The translations under genes and the position numbers were made by a program. A stretch of DNA of 64,000 nucleotides from Minisyncoccota bacterium (GTDB lineage Bacteria > Patescibacteriota > Minisyncoccia > UBA6257 > GWB1-50-10), in contig DATLZO010000019.1 in assembly GCA_035573955.1 (NCBI GenBank), forward strand, positions 161-64,160. The letters are read 5' to 3'. The notes beneath the pieces were generated by a model. The model saw only the letters and a program-made list of their open reading frames with translations. It was not told the DNA's origin and searched no databases. Positions 44,932 through 54,106 of this stretch are shown here, in pieces (the stretch's first letter is position 1; each line of letters begins with the position of its first letter).

Positions 44932-45429
44932 TTATAAAAGCCATTTCCACGGTTTCCTCCTACTTTTATATTTTTCCATTTCCGACTTTATTTTCTGTAA
45001 TTTCTTTAAGTCAGTATCATTCCAGTTCACCTTAGAGAATTTTTTCTCTCCTGGAATTCTTGTTTGTCTGTTTCTTTGTAGGATGTTTAGAGCCTCTTTC
45101 CATAATACATAGTCGTATTTCTTTTTAGCTCTTAAAACGTGGTTATCAAAAAATGGTACTACTTTCTCTACGAGATCGTTCAAGTTATTTATCTGGAGCC
45201 TCGCTTGACCGTTTCTATTGAAAATGATGCCGCAGCTTAAGGTTTGTTTGATATTTTCTAGTATTTCTTTGTCATCATCACGCAACACTATAGCAAATCC
45301 TATTTTCCAATAAAAATAGACCGGCTTATTTTTCCTGTCGTGTCTAACATCGCGTCTGAAATTTATATAAAAACAACCCTCGCCGTCTACAAAGCCGGCA
45401 ATGTAATCACCAGGTAATTTTTCTCCCAC
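44932..45429 (-). CDS. free-standing LAGLIDADG homing endonuclease (single-motif, 165 aa)
   Basis: YIAGFVDGEGCFYI motif; strongly AT-rich compared with the flanking genes. Confidence 0.78.
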   Translation of the reverse strand: MGEKLPGDYIAGFVDGEGCFYINFRRDVRHDRKNKPVYFYWKIGFAIVLRDDDKEILENIKQTLSCGIIFNRNGQARLQINNLNDLVEKVVPFFDNHVLRAKKKYDYVLWKEALNILQRNRQTRIPGEKKFSKVNWNDTDLKKLQKIKSEMEKYKSRRKPWKWLL

Positions 45430-45484
45430 CCCTTTAATTATAATTTGTGTCGCACAATAAGAACAGCCAACTTATACACAGGGG

Positions 45485-45757
45485 CTATTTCTGCACCAAT
45501 TCTATAATCCATTTAATTATTCCGACGAAGAAATTTAGCAATGAAAGCAAGACGTTACCCAACCAGGATACAATGACCCTTAAATTCACTCCAAAGCGGT
45601 CGTAGACCCAGTTATTTATCGTATTCCAGGCTTCGCTGAAGCCGCTTAAGACGTCTTGCGGAAAGAGAAAGTTCAGGACTTTTCCAATATCAATCCCCTG
45701 TCCGTAAGCTAAAATCGGCAAGGAGAAGATTATTGAGGTTATTACTAAGATTTTCAT
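45485..45757 (-). CDS. hypothetical small secreted/membrane protein
   Basis: signal-peptide-like N-terminus MKILVITSIIFSLPILAYG; 90 aa. Confidence 0.4.
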   Translation of the reverse strand: MKILVITSIIFSLPILAYGQGIDIGKVLNFLFPQDVLSGFSEAWNTINNWVYDRFGVNLRVIVSWLGNVLLSLLNFFVGIIKWIIELVQK

Positions 45758-45770
45758 AAATAATAATTAA

Positions 45771-47102
45771 TTATCTGGCGGTTGCGCTTATAGCTCCCGG
45801 CGGGAAATTCGGCAAATAATCCCTTGGGTTAATTGTAACACCGACCGGAACAAGGCCCGCTGCCGGCGCAATGGATTTTAAGCTCACCGAAGGCGTCCAC
45901 AGAAGCGTGAGATGTAAATGAGCACCGTAAGAATAGCCGGTGTCGCCGGAGTAGCCAATAACGTCGCCTTTTGTAATCTGCTGGCCTTTTTGGACTACTT
46001 GGCGTGAGAGATGTGCGTACAAACTTGTTAAGCCGTTATCGTGCTGAATTAAGACATATTTGCCATATTGGTATTTAAACCAACGTGAAGTGCCGCGGTC
46101 GTTGTTGTCCACCGCTATGACCGTGCCGTTCTCAACCGCCATAATCGGTGTGCCGACAGGCGCCCGGAAATCAACGCCATTGTGGGTTTTGCTCCGATAA
46201 GCTCTTTCAGCGAATTTTGTCGGTCCATAATCCTGCGTCATGTGAGGGTTTTCAACCGGAAAGCCGATGACGCCAGGGCGTTTCACGGGTAATAAACTTG
46301 GGTCAAAGGACTTGCGGAGTTGATCCTCGTATTCCTCGATGATTTTGCTTATTTCCTCTTGCTTCTTATCGAGCTCGGCGAGCTGCTCCTGATACAATTT
46401 TTCCTGGTTCTTCGTTTGGGCAAGAATGGTGTTCTTAGTTGCTTTTTGTGCTTGGACGATCTGTTGACGGTTCACCAAACTTGCCTGCTCTCGTTCTTTC
46501 TGCCTTTGTTTAAGTTGTTCCTCACTCAGTTTTTCGACGAGGTCCACTTGGTACTTGCGGAGCTCCTCAGCGCTTGCAACAAGGTCGCTGTTTAAAGTAG
46601 CAATGGATTGAGCCTCGGAGACGCTTTCGGCCAAACTCTGGTTTTTCAGGAGTATCATCAGAAAGTTTTCCCGGTCTTTTTGTTGGAGTTTGACCATAAG
46701 CTTGCCGATTGTCGTCTTTTTATTATCGATGCTCTTTTCAATACTTCGGATGTTCCCGTTCAGGGATTTTATTTCCAAGTCGAGTTTTTCTAATGCTACT
46801 CTGTTCGCTTTGATGGAGAGATTCAATTGGCTGATGTTGTAGTCAATGATCTTCAGCTCTTTTTGGAGAGAACTTTTCAGAGAGCCTGTTTGCTCCAGTT
46901 GTTCCTCGATCTTGGCCCTCTCTTCCAAGAGTTGTTTGAGTTCAGCGCTTTTCGCATCTATCTGGGAACGAAGACTTTCTGCTTCCGACGCTTCGTTTGT
47001 AGCACTCCCCTCTTCTACTGTTGTCTGCGAAAGAACCGGCGCCATTGAAATAATGCCGAGGACAATAAACGTTACAAGCAATATATCGCGGAAAAACCTC
47101 AT
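45771..47102 (-). CDS. M23 family metallopeptidase with N-terminal coiled coil (EnvC/NlpD-like)
   Basis: HNGVDFRAPVGTPI, YAHLS, GDTGYSYGAHLHL zinc-site motifs. Confidence 0.85.
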   Translation of the reverse strand: MRFFRDILLVTFIVLGIISMAPVLSQTTVEEGSATNEASEAESLRSQIDAKSAELKQLLEERAKIEEQLEQTGSLKSSLQKELKIIDYNISQLNLSIKANRVALEKLDLEIKSLNGNIRSIEKSIDNKKTTIGKLMVKLQQKDRENFLMILLKNQSLAESVSEAQSIATLNSDLVASAEELRKYQVDLVEKLSEEQLKQRQKEREQASLVNRQQIVQAQKATKNTILAQTKNQEKLYQEQLAELDKKQEEISKIIEEYEDQLRKSFDPSLLPVKRPGVIGFPVENPHMTQDYGPTKFAERAYRSKTHNGVDFRAPVGTPIMAVENGTVIAVDNNDRGTSRWFKYQYGKYVLIQHDNGLTSLYAHLSRQVVQKGQQITKGDVIGYSGDTGYSYGAHLHLTLLWTPSVSLKSIAPAAGLVPVGVTINPRDYLPNFPPGAISATAR

Positions 47103-48511
47103 TTTTCGAGTTTTTTGATGGCTTTGTCGAGTCTTTTAACGGTTTCGGTCCGGCCGAGGATTTTCAATATTTCCAATGGTCCTGGACTTGCCTCTCTTCC
47201 GGAAAGAGCGACCCGGAGCGGCCACAGAACCTCGCCTCTACCTTCTCTTTCGGCAAGCGCCATTATTTCTGACGCGGGATATGAATTATCATTAACGAGT
47301 TCGCGAACGGTTTTCAAGTTGGCCAGAATCCTTTCTGGAGGTGTTTCTTTCCAAATAAGGAATTTTGCGTCGTATTCCGGAAGTTCGAAGAAAAAATCAG
47401 CCAGATTTTTGAAATCTTTCAAATTTTTCGCTCTTTCCTTTTCAGTTTCGAGCACCGCCAGAAGGAGTTTTTCATTTTTGAACCATGTTTTGGGTATAAA
47501 GGGTTTTGCGCGCTCGAGCAATTCTTCAGTTTTCATTGCTTTGATGTAATGAGCATTCAGCCAGTTCAGTTTTTCTTCGTTGAAGACGGCGCCGCCTTTC
47601 TGCACCCGTTCCAAGGTGAATTCTTCGACCATTTCTTCGCGGCTTACCACTTCCCTGTCTTCCTGCGGGTGCCAGCCGAGAAGAACGAGAAAATTCAGCA
47701 TTGCTTCGGAGAGGTATCCTTCCTTCCTGTAATCGTTTAAGGACGTTTCCAGTTTCCGTTTGGAAAGTTTTTTCCGGCCGGTGTCTAAAATTAACGGCAA
47801 GTGCGCGAAGTGAGGTCCTTCGAAACCTAGTGCTTCTTGGATGACGATCTGCTTAGGAGTGTTCGCGATATGGTCCTCGCCCCGGATCACGTGGCTTATG
47901 TTTGTAAGGACGTCGTCCACTGCCGCCGCAAAATTATAGAGGGGTTCTCTTAATCCCTTCGCTATTACCACATCGCCCACTAGGGTCATATCAAACTCTA
48001 TTCTGCCTTTCACGACATCAGTGAATGAGATTTTTTTCTCTGGCATGCGGATGCGAATGACGGCTTTTTCACCGTTTTCTACTCTCAAAGCCGCTTTCTC
48101 CGGCGGTAGATGACGGCATCGGCCTCCATATTTCGGAGCAATGCCCTGAGAAAGCTGCATCTGTCTTTCTGCTTCGAGTTCTTCGTGCGAGCAGAAACAC
48201 CAATACGCCTTCTTTTCGTCGAGTAGCTTTTGCAGGTTTTCGGCGTAAATTTCCAAACGTTCACTCTGGCGGATCGGTTTTTCGTCGGGTTTGAGCTCAA
48301 GCCATTCAAGACCTTCTAAAATGTCCTTTTCAAACTCCTTCTTGGAGCGTTCTTTGTCGGTGTCCTCTATCCGCAGGAGGAATTTTCCGCCTTCATGTTT
48401 CGCAAAAAGCCAGTTGAAAAGTGCCGCTCGGGCGTTGCCCAGATGAAGCGGACCTGTTGGTGACGGCGCAAAACGCACTCTTATTGGCTTTTTCTTGGGA
48501 TCCGGTGTCAT
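47099..48511 (-). CDS. gltX: glutamyl-tRNA synthetase
   Basis: RFAPSPTGPLHLGNARAALFNW (HIGH) and KLSKR (KMSKS) motifs; start trimmed to MTPDPKKKP because the ORF-track model begins at a TTG. Confidence 0.9.
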   Translation of the reverse strand: MTPDPKKKPIRVRFAPSPTGPLHLGNARAALFNWLFAKHEGGKFLLRIEDTDKERSKKEFEKDILEGLEWLELKPDEKPIRQSERLEIYAENLQKLLDEKKAYWCFCSHEELEAERQMQLSQGIAPKYGGRCRHLPPEKAALRVENGEKAVIRIRMPEKKISFTDVVKGRIEFDMTLVGDVVIAKGLREPLYNFAAAVDDVLTNISHVIRGEDHIANTPKQIVIQEALGFEGPHFAHLPLILDTGRKKLSKRKLETSLNDYRKEGYLSEAMLNFLVLLGWHPQEDREVVSREEMVEEFTLERVQKGGAVFNEEKLNWLNAHYIKAMKTEELLERAKPFIPKTWFKNEKLLLAVLETEKERAKNLKDFKNLADFFFELPEYDAKFLIWKETPPERILANLKTVRELVNDNSYPASEIMALAEREGRGEVLWPLRVALSGREASPGPLEILKILGRTETVKRLDKAIKKLEK

Positions 48512-48554
48512 TATTTCAATTATGACACAAAACACCAATAAGGGGAGGTTTAAA

Positions 48555-48600
48555 TTCCCAAATGTTGACGGCAATATTAGGAGGTCAAACCTCCAAAGTT
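48555..48600. promoter_or_regulatory. motif TTGACGGCAAT-n3-GGAGGTCAAACCTCC upstream of gltX, related to the element upstream of Cys-rich paralog 2
   Basis: read directly; partly overlaps the last codons of murG. Confidence 0.3.
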
Positions 48601-49665
48601 TAGGAGTTTTTTAGCGATTTTCTCTGCCGCTTCATGTTTTGAGAAACTTTTAGCGGCTTTTGCCATTGCTTTTGCGATTTTCCCGTTTTTGAGGATTTTT
48701 TCAATTTCGGTTTTCATAGTTTGCCAGTTTAGGTCGCTTTCTTCCACCACCACGGCCGCTCCGGTGGCAGCGTATTCATAGGCATTGGCTTTTTGATGAT
48801 TGCTTGCCGCACCTTCGAGCGGAATTAATATGGAAGGTTTCCCAAAAGCGGCGATTTCAAAAATGGCGCTTGCGCCGGCGCGGGAAATAACGAGGTTGGT
48901 TTTTGACAGCGCTCGCTTTAATTCTGCGGCGTCTAAAAATTTCACTGGGTGGTAGTTTTTGGAAGCACTATAATTAATTATAGCGCCGACATTATTTTCA
49001 CCCGTTTGATGAAGAATGCTCCCCAATTTTAATAATTCTTTAAGGTGCGCGGAGATAAAAGAGTTAATGCAGGCTGCTCCTTGGGAGCCGCCAAGCACCA
49101 AAATAGACACTCTAACATTCTGCAAAATACTGGAATGTTGTGGTTTTGTTGAATCTTTCAGAAGATCGGCGCGAATGGGGTTGCCTATGAGTTCGGTTTT
49201 GTTTTTCGGGAAGTATTTTTCGGCGTTTTTCCAAGCGATGAAGATTTTCTTTGCAAAAATCGCCGAGAGACGGTTCGTGAGTCCCGGTACGGCGTCGGAA
49301 TCATGAATCACAACCGGCACGAAAAAACACCGGGCGGCCAAGACTACCGGGAGCGCCCCCGGTCCGCCTTTGGAAAAGACTAAATCTGGCTGGATGTAGA
49401 AAATATGAGCCAGTGATTGAAAAATACTCCAGAGAAACTTAAAAATGTCGGTAAAGTTCCGCCAGTCAAAATAGCGGCGGAGCTTGCTTGAGACAATCGA
49501 CAGTGTTTCGATGTTTCTTTTTGTAAACTCGACGTTCAAAGGGTGATTCGGGCCAATGTAGTGAAGTTGAACTTCACTAGATTGTTTTTGGATTTCTTCG
49601 GCTACCGCCACAAGCGGAAAAATATGTCCGCCCGTTCCCCCGCCTGTTAGTACAATCTTTTTCAT
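48577..49665 (-). CDS. murG: undecaprenyldiphospho-muramoylpentapeptide beta-N-acetylglucosaminyltransferase
   Basis: KIVLTGGGTGGHIFPLVAVAEE GT28 N-terminus. Confidence 0.9.
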   Translation of the reverse strand: MKKIVLTGGGTGGHIFPLVAVAEEIQKQSSEVQLHYIGPNHPLNVEFTKRNIETLSIVSSKLRRYFDWRNFTDIFKFLWSIFQSLAHIFYIQPDLVFSKGGPGALPVVLAARCFFVPVVIHDSDAVPGLTNRLSAIFAKKIFIAWKNAEKYFPKNKTELIGNPIRADLLKDSTKPQHSSILQNVRVSILVLGGSQGAACINSFISAHLKELLKLGSILHQTGENNVGAIINYSASKNYHPVKFLDAAELKRALSKTNLVISRAGASAIFEIAAFGKPSILIPLEGAASNHQKANAYEYAATGAAVVVEESDLNWQTMKTEIEKILKNGKIAKAMAKAAKSFSKHEAAEKIAKKLLNFGGLTS

Positions 49666-51437
49666 ACTACTTCGGCGTTATAACATAGCTCGCAGTACAC
49701 AATCTCCGGTCTGTCGGGGGCGTAGGAGGTTTCAAATTCGTTGGGGCACCTCTCTTCTGGGTGATGGCTGTGTTTTGAGGAATTTTGATAGACTTTATAG
49801 TCACACATACACTCACGGTGCCAGAGTTTTATAGGGGTACGTAACGCCTGCCTTTCTTCATTTCTACAAGCAGGACAAAGTATTGGAATAGGTATATTCA
49901 TTTGCCGGTAGAGTTGAAGTTCTTGGGGGACTATTTTAAATGCGATGGTACAATTATGCCCGCACTTTCCTTTATGTTTACACTCAATAACTTCGCGTAA
50001 AATATCATCACTCACTTCTTTAATGGATTGTGGAATTTCGTCAGGATGTTTTGTCGGTTGATACTCTCTTTTTTTCTCTCCTGCCCACTGGCACCCTGAG
50101 AGTGTAAACTCACCTTCCTTTGAAGGAAAATAAAACTGAGTCATAGCTTCGTTATACGCAAATGGTGAAAACTCTGGCGGGAAAAATTCGCCATATTTAT
50201 AAAAGTTACCCGCAGAGTCAAAATAGGGGTTTTCACTCATTTCTTTGCTTATTTTATTCTTAAGCTGTAAGTAGGTTTCTTTGTCATACTGCTTATTCAA
50301 AATACAGTACTGTTTTTTTCTTAGACCTATACATCCGAAAAGGTCTTGGCTACCGCGGCAGTAATCGCAGTATTGCACACGAGCGCAGTTCTCAAAAGAG
50401 TTAGTGGAAAAGTAAATGTTTGAATCAAGGTATCCCACATTAACCCCCTCATAGAGTAAAGCTGCTTCTTTATCCCCCACTCCAAAAACATCATGAGAGT
50501 CTTTGGCGCGAGCCATTTGAACGCCGTATTTCACATCTTCACAGCTTTCGGCGTTAAAACAGCGGACTGCGTTTTTGCATTGAAACAAATTGTTGCCGGA
50601 GGAATTGAGGCATTTTACAATGTTGGCGTGCTTGTGTAGCACGCTTTTCCGCATGTGCAAGTATTCTGATAAGAGCCGAGCTAAATTTTCTCGGTCATAG
50701 GTTATTTTACTAAGCTCTCGACGATATTCATCTTCGTTAAGCTGTTTGTTGCGGAAAATGAATTTTTTATTGCGTAAATTGCTACTCATAAAACAATCTG
50801 AAGAATTGCGGCAATCGTACAAAAAAGCACTATCTAAACAATCTTTGCAGTCAGATATGAACTTGCAATTAACGCAGTGCTCCGAGTCAATGGCGTGATA
50901 AACTTTCTCACAGTTCATGACTGTTGTGGAGTCAAACACGTCCCGACCGCCGTAAACTGTTTTGGAATAAGCAACGTTATCAGAGCTTATGGTTGTTGGC
51001 GACAGATAAATATTTTTTGAAAACCAAGTATAATCTGAGTAAGATGAATTCTTATTTTGATATGCCTCTAAATTTGGTCTGGGTACGGCATCGGAAAGTT
51101 CTTTCCACTGAACAAAGAATCCTTTGCGAGAATCATAGTCCAAACCGTACTGGAGCGGATCCCATTTATCAGACCACCAACAATCGTTGCAATATATCGG
51201 AAAACTAACCTTATCTGAATAGTGAGAGATACCTTCCTTATTGCATAGTCCGCATTTATATCGGTACATATTGAATTCATTGCGAAATAACATTCTCCTT
51301 TTCATACGGCACTCCGGGCACCACGTCGGCGCCGGAACATCTATCTTCCTGTAAAAATCAAAATCCTCCGGTTCGATTGTGAACTGGTTCTTGCAATTCT
51401 GGCAAATTTTAGTTTCGGATTGCATGTTTCTTTTCAA
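49662..51437 (-). CDS. large cysteine-rich protein, paralog 2 (591 aa), located between ftsW and murG
   Basis: same architecture as 19646-21397; termini conserved (CQNCK..F.IE..DF.FY.KI.VP.PTWCP.CR and CPNEFETSY.PDR.EIVYCE.CYN.EV). Confidence 0.7.
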   Translation of the reverse strand: MKRNMQSETKICQNCKNQFTIEPEDFDFYRKIDVPAPTWCPECRMKRRMLFRNEFNMYRYKCGLCNKEGISHYSDKVSFPIYCNDCWWSDKWDPLQYGLDYDSRKGFFVQWKELSDAVPRPNLEAYQNKNSSYSDYTWFSKNIYLSPTTISSDNVAYSKTVYGGRDVFDSTTVMNCEKVYHAIDSEHCVNCKFISDCKDCLDSAFLYDCRNSSDCFMSSNLRNKKFIFRNKQLNEDEYRRELSKITYDRENLARLLSEYLHMRKSVLHKHANIVKCLNSSGNNLFQCKNAVRCFNAESCEDVKYGVQMARAKDSHDVFGVGDKEAALLYEGVNVGYLDSNIYFSTNSFENCARVQYCDYCRGSQDLFGCIGLRKKQYCILNKQYDKETYLQLKNKISKEMSENPYFDSAGNFYKYGEFFPPEFSPFAYNEAMTQFYFPSKEGEFTLSGCQWAGEKKREYQPTKHPDEIPQSIKEVSDDILREVIECKHKGKCGHNCTIAFKIVPQELQLYRQMNIPIPILCPACRNEERQALRTPIKLWHRECMCDYKVYQNSSKHSHHPEERCPNEFETSYAPDRPEIVYCELCYNAEVV

Positions 51438-51496
51438 TTTTGCGAGGCTCGACCTCCATGCGAATTGACGTCAATGTTTGGGAGGTTAAACCTCAA
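51438..51496 (-). promoter_or_regulatory. conserved upstream element of paralog 2 containing the perfect palindrome ATTGACGTCAAT and GGAGGTCGAGCCTC
   Basis: aligns with the region upstream of paralog 1 (ATTGACGT...GGATGTCGGAAGTCC...ATTGAAAG). Confidence 0.4.
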
Positions 51497-51500
51497 ACGT

Positions 51501-52619
51501 TTAACGTCTATATCTTGATACATTTACTATAATCCCGCTCATTGTGAGAAATACAGCAAGCGCGGTTCCGCCGAAACTGATGAAGGGCAGGGGCACGCCC
51601 GTGAAAGGAATAAGACCGGAGACGGCTCCTATATTTACAAAAGCCTGGAAACCGATTAGAGAAGCGAATCCTATCACAAGGAAGCGTCCGAATGCGTCCG
51701 GCACCTTCCTTGTCATGTTGATGCATCGGAGTACTAGAAACCCAAACGCGAATATGAGAAGGCCGCTGCCAACAAAACCGAATTCCTCCGCGATGACGGC
51801 GAAGATGGAATCCCCTATCTGCTCCGGAAGCTGTTTTAGTTTGGAAACGGAGTTCCCGTAGCCAACGCCCCAGATCCCACCGGAGCCGATGGCAAGTGTC
51901 GTTTTTTCAACCTGGTAACCGGTTGAAAGAACGTCGGCCGTCTCTGGCTCGAGGAATGTTCGTATTCTCATAATGCGGTAATTATCCTCAGGAAGCGTGT
52001 AGGCTGCGACTAAGAGAGCTATAACGGTGACGAGAATAGCTCCGACAAAAAATCTTATCTTGGCGCCAGCGGCAAAGTACATACAAAATGCCGAGGCCGC
52101 AATGAGAAACGCGGTGGTTGTGGATGGTTGTTTTAAAATGAGGAACGTGACGATACCGACCAGGATTATAAACGGCAGAAATCCCTCGCTCAAACTTTTA
52201 CCCCTCTTCTCGTTTTTGGCGAGCCAGGCGGCGATGTAGAGCACGAAAGCGAGCTTCAAAATTTCCGCTGGTTGGAAGCTAATAAAGCCCAGATCGAGCC
52301 ATCGCGTCGCGCCCTTGGTTAGGAGCCCGAGCGGCGAGAAAAGGAGGAGGAGCATGACCAGCGCGAGGAGAAAGAATGGCAATGCAAGTTTTTCCCACCT
52401 CCGGTAATACGTGAAAGCGGTAACGAGAAACCCAGCAAGACCGAAGGTTAAACCGTGAAGTAGCTGGTTTTTGAGGTAATAATAACTGTCACCAAACTTA
52501 GATAGACCAAGGTCGGACGAAGCGCTCGTGAGCATTGTGAGCCCGAAGATGGTTAATACAACCACTATTCCGACGATAACGAAGTCCGCGGACGAAGTTG
52601 GCCTTGGTGATCCCGCCAT
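51501..52619 (-). CDS. ftsW: SEDS-family peptidoglycan glycosyltransferase FtsW/RodA
   Basis: 10-TM profile; GVGYGNSVSKLKQLPE, DSIFAVIAEEFGFVG. Confidence 0.87.
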   Translation of the reverse strand: MAGSPRPTSSADFVIVGIVVVLTIFGLTMLTSASSDLGLSKFGDSYYYLKNQLLHGLTFGLAGFLVTAFTYYRRWEKLALPFFLLALVMLLLLFSPLGLLTKGATRWLDLGFISFQPAEILKLAFVLYIAAWLAKNEKRGKSLSEGFLPFIILVGIVTFLILKQPSTTTAFLIAASAFCMYFAAGAKIRFFVGAILVTVIALLVAAYTLPEDNYRIMRIRTFLEPETADVLSTGYQVEKTTLAIGSGGIWGVGYGNSVSKLKQLPEQIGDSIFAVIAEEFGFVGSGLLIFAFGFLVLRCINMTRKVPDAFGRFLVIGFASLIGFQAFVNIGAVSGLIPFTGVPLPFISFGGTALAVFLTMSGIIVNVSRYRR

Positions 52620-52620
52620 T

Positions 52621-54084
52621 TTACCCGGCGCGCAGAACGCTTCCGCTTGCGACTGGTTTGAAATTGCCGTCCATCAGTGCGACTTTACCGTTTATGACAA
52701 CGTCGCGAGGTTTGAAGTCGCGTAGAACGACAAGATCGGCAAAGTAGTTTTCTTTAATCAGGCCGCGGTTCTTTATCCCGAATTTTTCAGCCGGACCGCC
52801 CGTTGCTTTTTGGACTGCTTTCTCAAGCGGTATACCAATACCACTCGCAGCCCGGAGAAAGTTCGTGAAAGCTTCATACTTTCCCGTTGCTCCAGAAGAG
52901 ACAAATGATGACGGAGAAGCAGCGAATTCGGCGGCCATTTTATCATCGACGTTCCGCAAGAGAACCACGGCGCGCAGGTGAGAAAGACGCATCAGACGGA
53001 GAATAGCTTCTTCTTTTCTTAGCTCGTGGCTTATTGCGAAATCGTCCAAGGTCCGACCGTTTAAAAAACCGAGCGGCGGTGGAGCGGAAAAGATGATTAT
53101 TTCGTCCACGGACACTTTTTTCAAGTGATCAAGAATCCCCTTCTCTAGGCGCGACTCTCTCAAGGAATCGTTCATTGTATCGAGATTTCCGCGTTTCACG
53201 GTAGGCGGCAGAAGCTGGTAGATGGGTATTTTAATGACGCCCTCAATATTGCAGTCGAAATGGACATGGGTTCCTGCAGTTTCTGCTTCTATCGTTTCTT
53301 TGGCTCGGACGTAATTATTCCGGAACCCTAGGACCGGCTCGAGATGGCTTATTTCCACCTTTGCTTCCGTTTCCTTGCCGAGTTTTATTGTTTCTTCCAC
53401 AGCCGGTATTAGTCCTTCGGTGTAATCGCGCAAATGGATGGAAACTACGCGATTTTTTGCAGCGGCGAGCCGGCAGAGTTCCGAGATCTCCTTAAACGGC
53501 GTCATTTTGGCGTGAGCGTAATCGAGACCGAAAGAAATACCGAAAGCTCCTTGAACCAGCGATTCCTCGACAATCTTTATCATTGCCGCTGTTTCCCGGT
53601 CTGTAAGATCACGCGCATCCTCGCCGAGTAAGCCCCGCCTGACGGTGCCGTGGCCGACAAGTGTTCCGAAATTAACACCCAAACTGCGCCTTTCAATGGT
53701 TTTCAGAAAATCGGAGATTCCACGCCAGCCTACGTTTATTTTCGATATGTCGCCCCACTTCCGGAGTGAGAGCATGGAAATTCCGAAGACGGGGAAAAGT
53801 GAGGAGCCACAGTTACCGCCGAGAACCGTAGTAATTCCTGCCATGACCAATTTTTCGCCGGTGGGGTCGTTTAGTATTTCCAGGCGGTGGTCGAAATCGG
53901 AATTAATATCGATGAAACCAGGCACAACAATGCCTCCGGCGGCGTCAAGGAGCACATCAGCTTCTTTTTTAGGGAACGAGCCGAGCCTGACGATTCGGCC
54001 GCGTCTCACAAGAATATCAGCTTTCTTCGGCGGTTCGCCGGAGCCGTCGTAGACAAGCCCGTTTTTGACGAGAACGGTCGGCAT
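52621..54084 (-). CDS. amidohydrolase family protein (N-acyl-D-amino-acid deacylase-like)
   Basis: VKNGLVYDGSG...ADILV..GRI...DAAGGIVVPGFIDINSDFDH metal-dependent amidohydrolase N-terminus. Confidence 0.72.
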   Translation of the reverse strand: MPTVLVKNGLVYDGSGEPPKKADILVRRGRIVRLGSFPKKEADVLLDAAGGIVVPGFIDINSDFDHRLEILNDPTGEKLVMAGITTVLGGNCGSSLFPVFGISMLSLRKWGDISKINVGWRGISDFLKTIERRSLGVNFGTLVGHGTVRRGLLGEDARDLTDRETAAMIKIVEESLVQGAFGISFGLDYAHAKMTPFKEISELCRLAAAKNRVVSIHLRDYTEGLIPAVEETIKLGKETEAKVEISHLEPVLGFRNNYVRAKETIEAETAGTHVHFDCNIEGVIKIPIYQLLPPTVKRGNLDTMNDSLRESRLEKGILDHLKKVSVDEIIIFSAPPPLGFLNGRTLDDFAISHELRKEEAILRLMRLSHLRAVVLLRNVDDKMAAEFAASPSSFVSSGATGKYEAFTNFLRAASGIGIPLEKAVQKATGGPAEKFGIKNRGLIKENYFADLVVLRDFKPRDVVINGKVALMDGNFKPVASGSVLRAG

Positions 54085-54106
54085 TTCCTAATTATAGCAG
54101 GGAATT

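Noticed and set aside
48578-48600. GGAGGTCAAACCTCC hairpin as a stand-alone regulatory element
   Set aside because: Most of it encodes the last five codons (GGLTS) of murG, so the palindromy may be partly coincidental. It is kept only as part of the longer upstream motif with low confidence.
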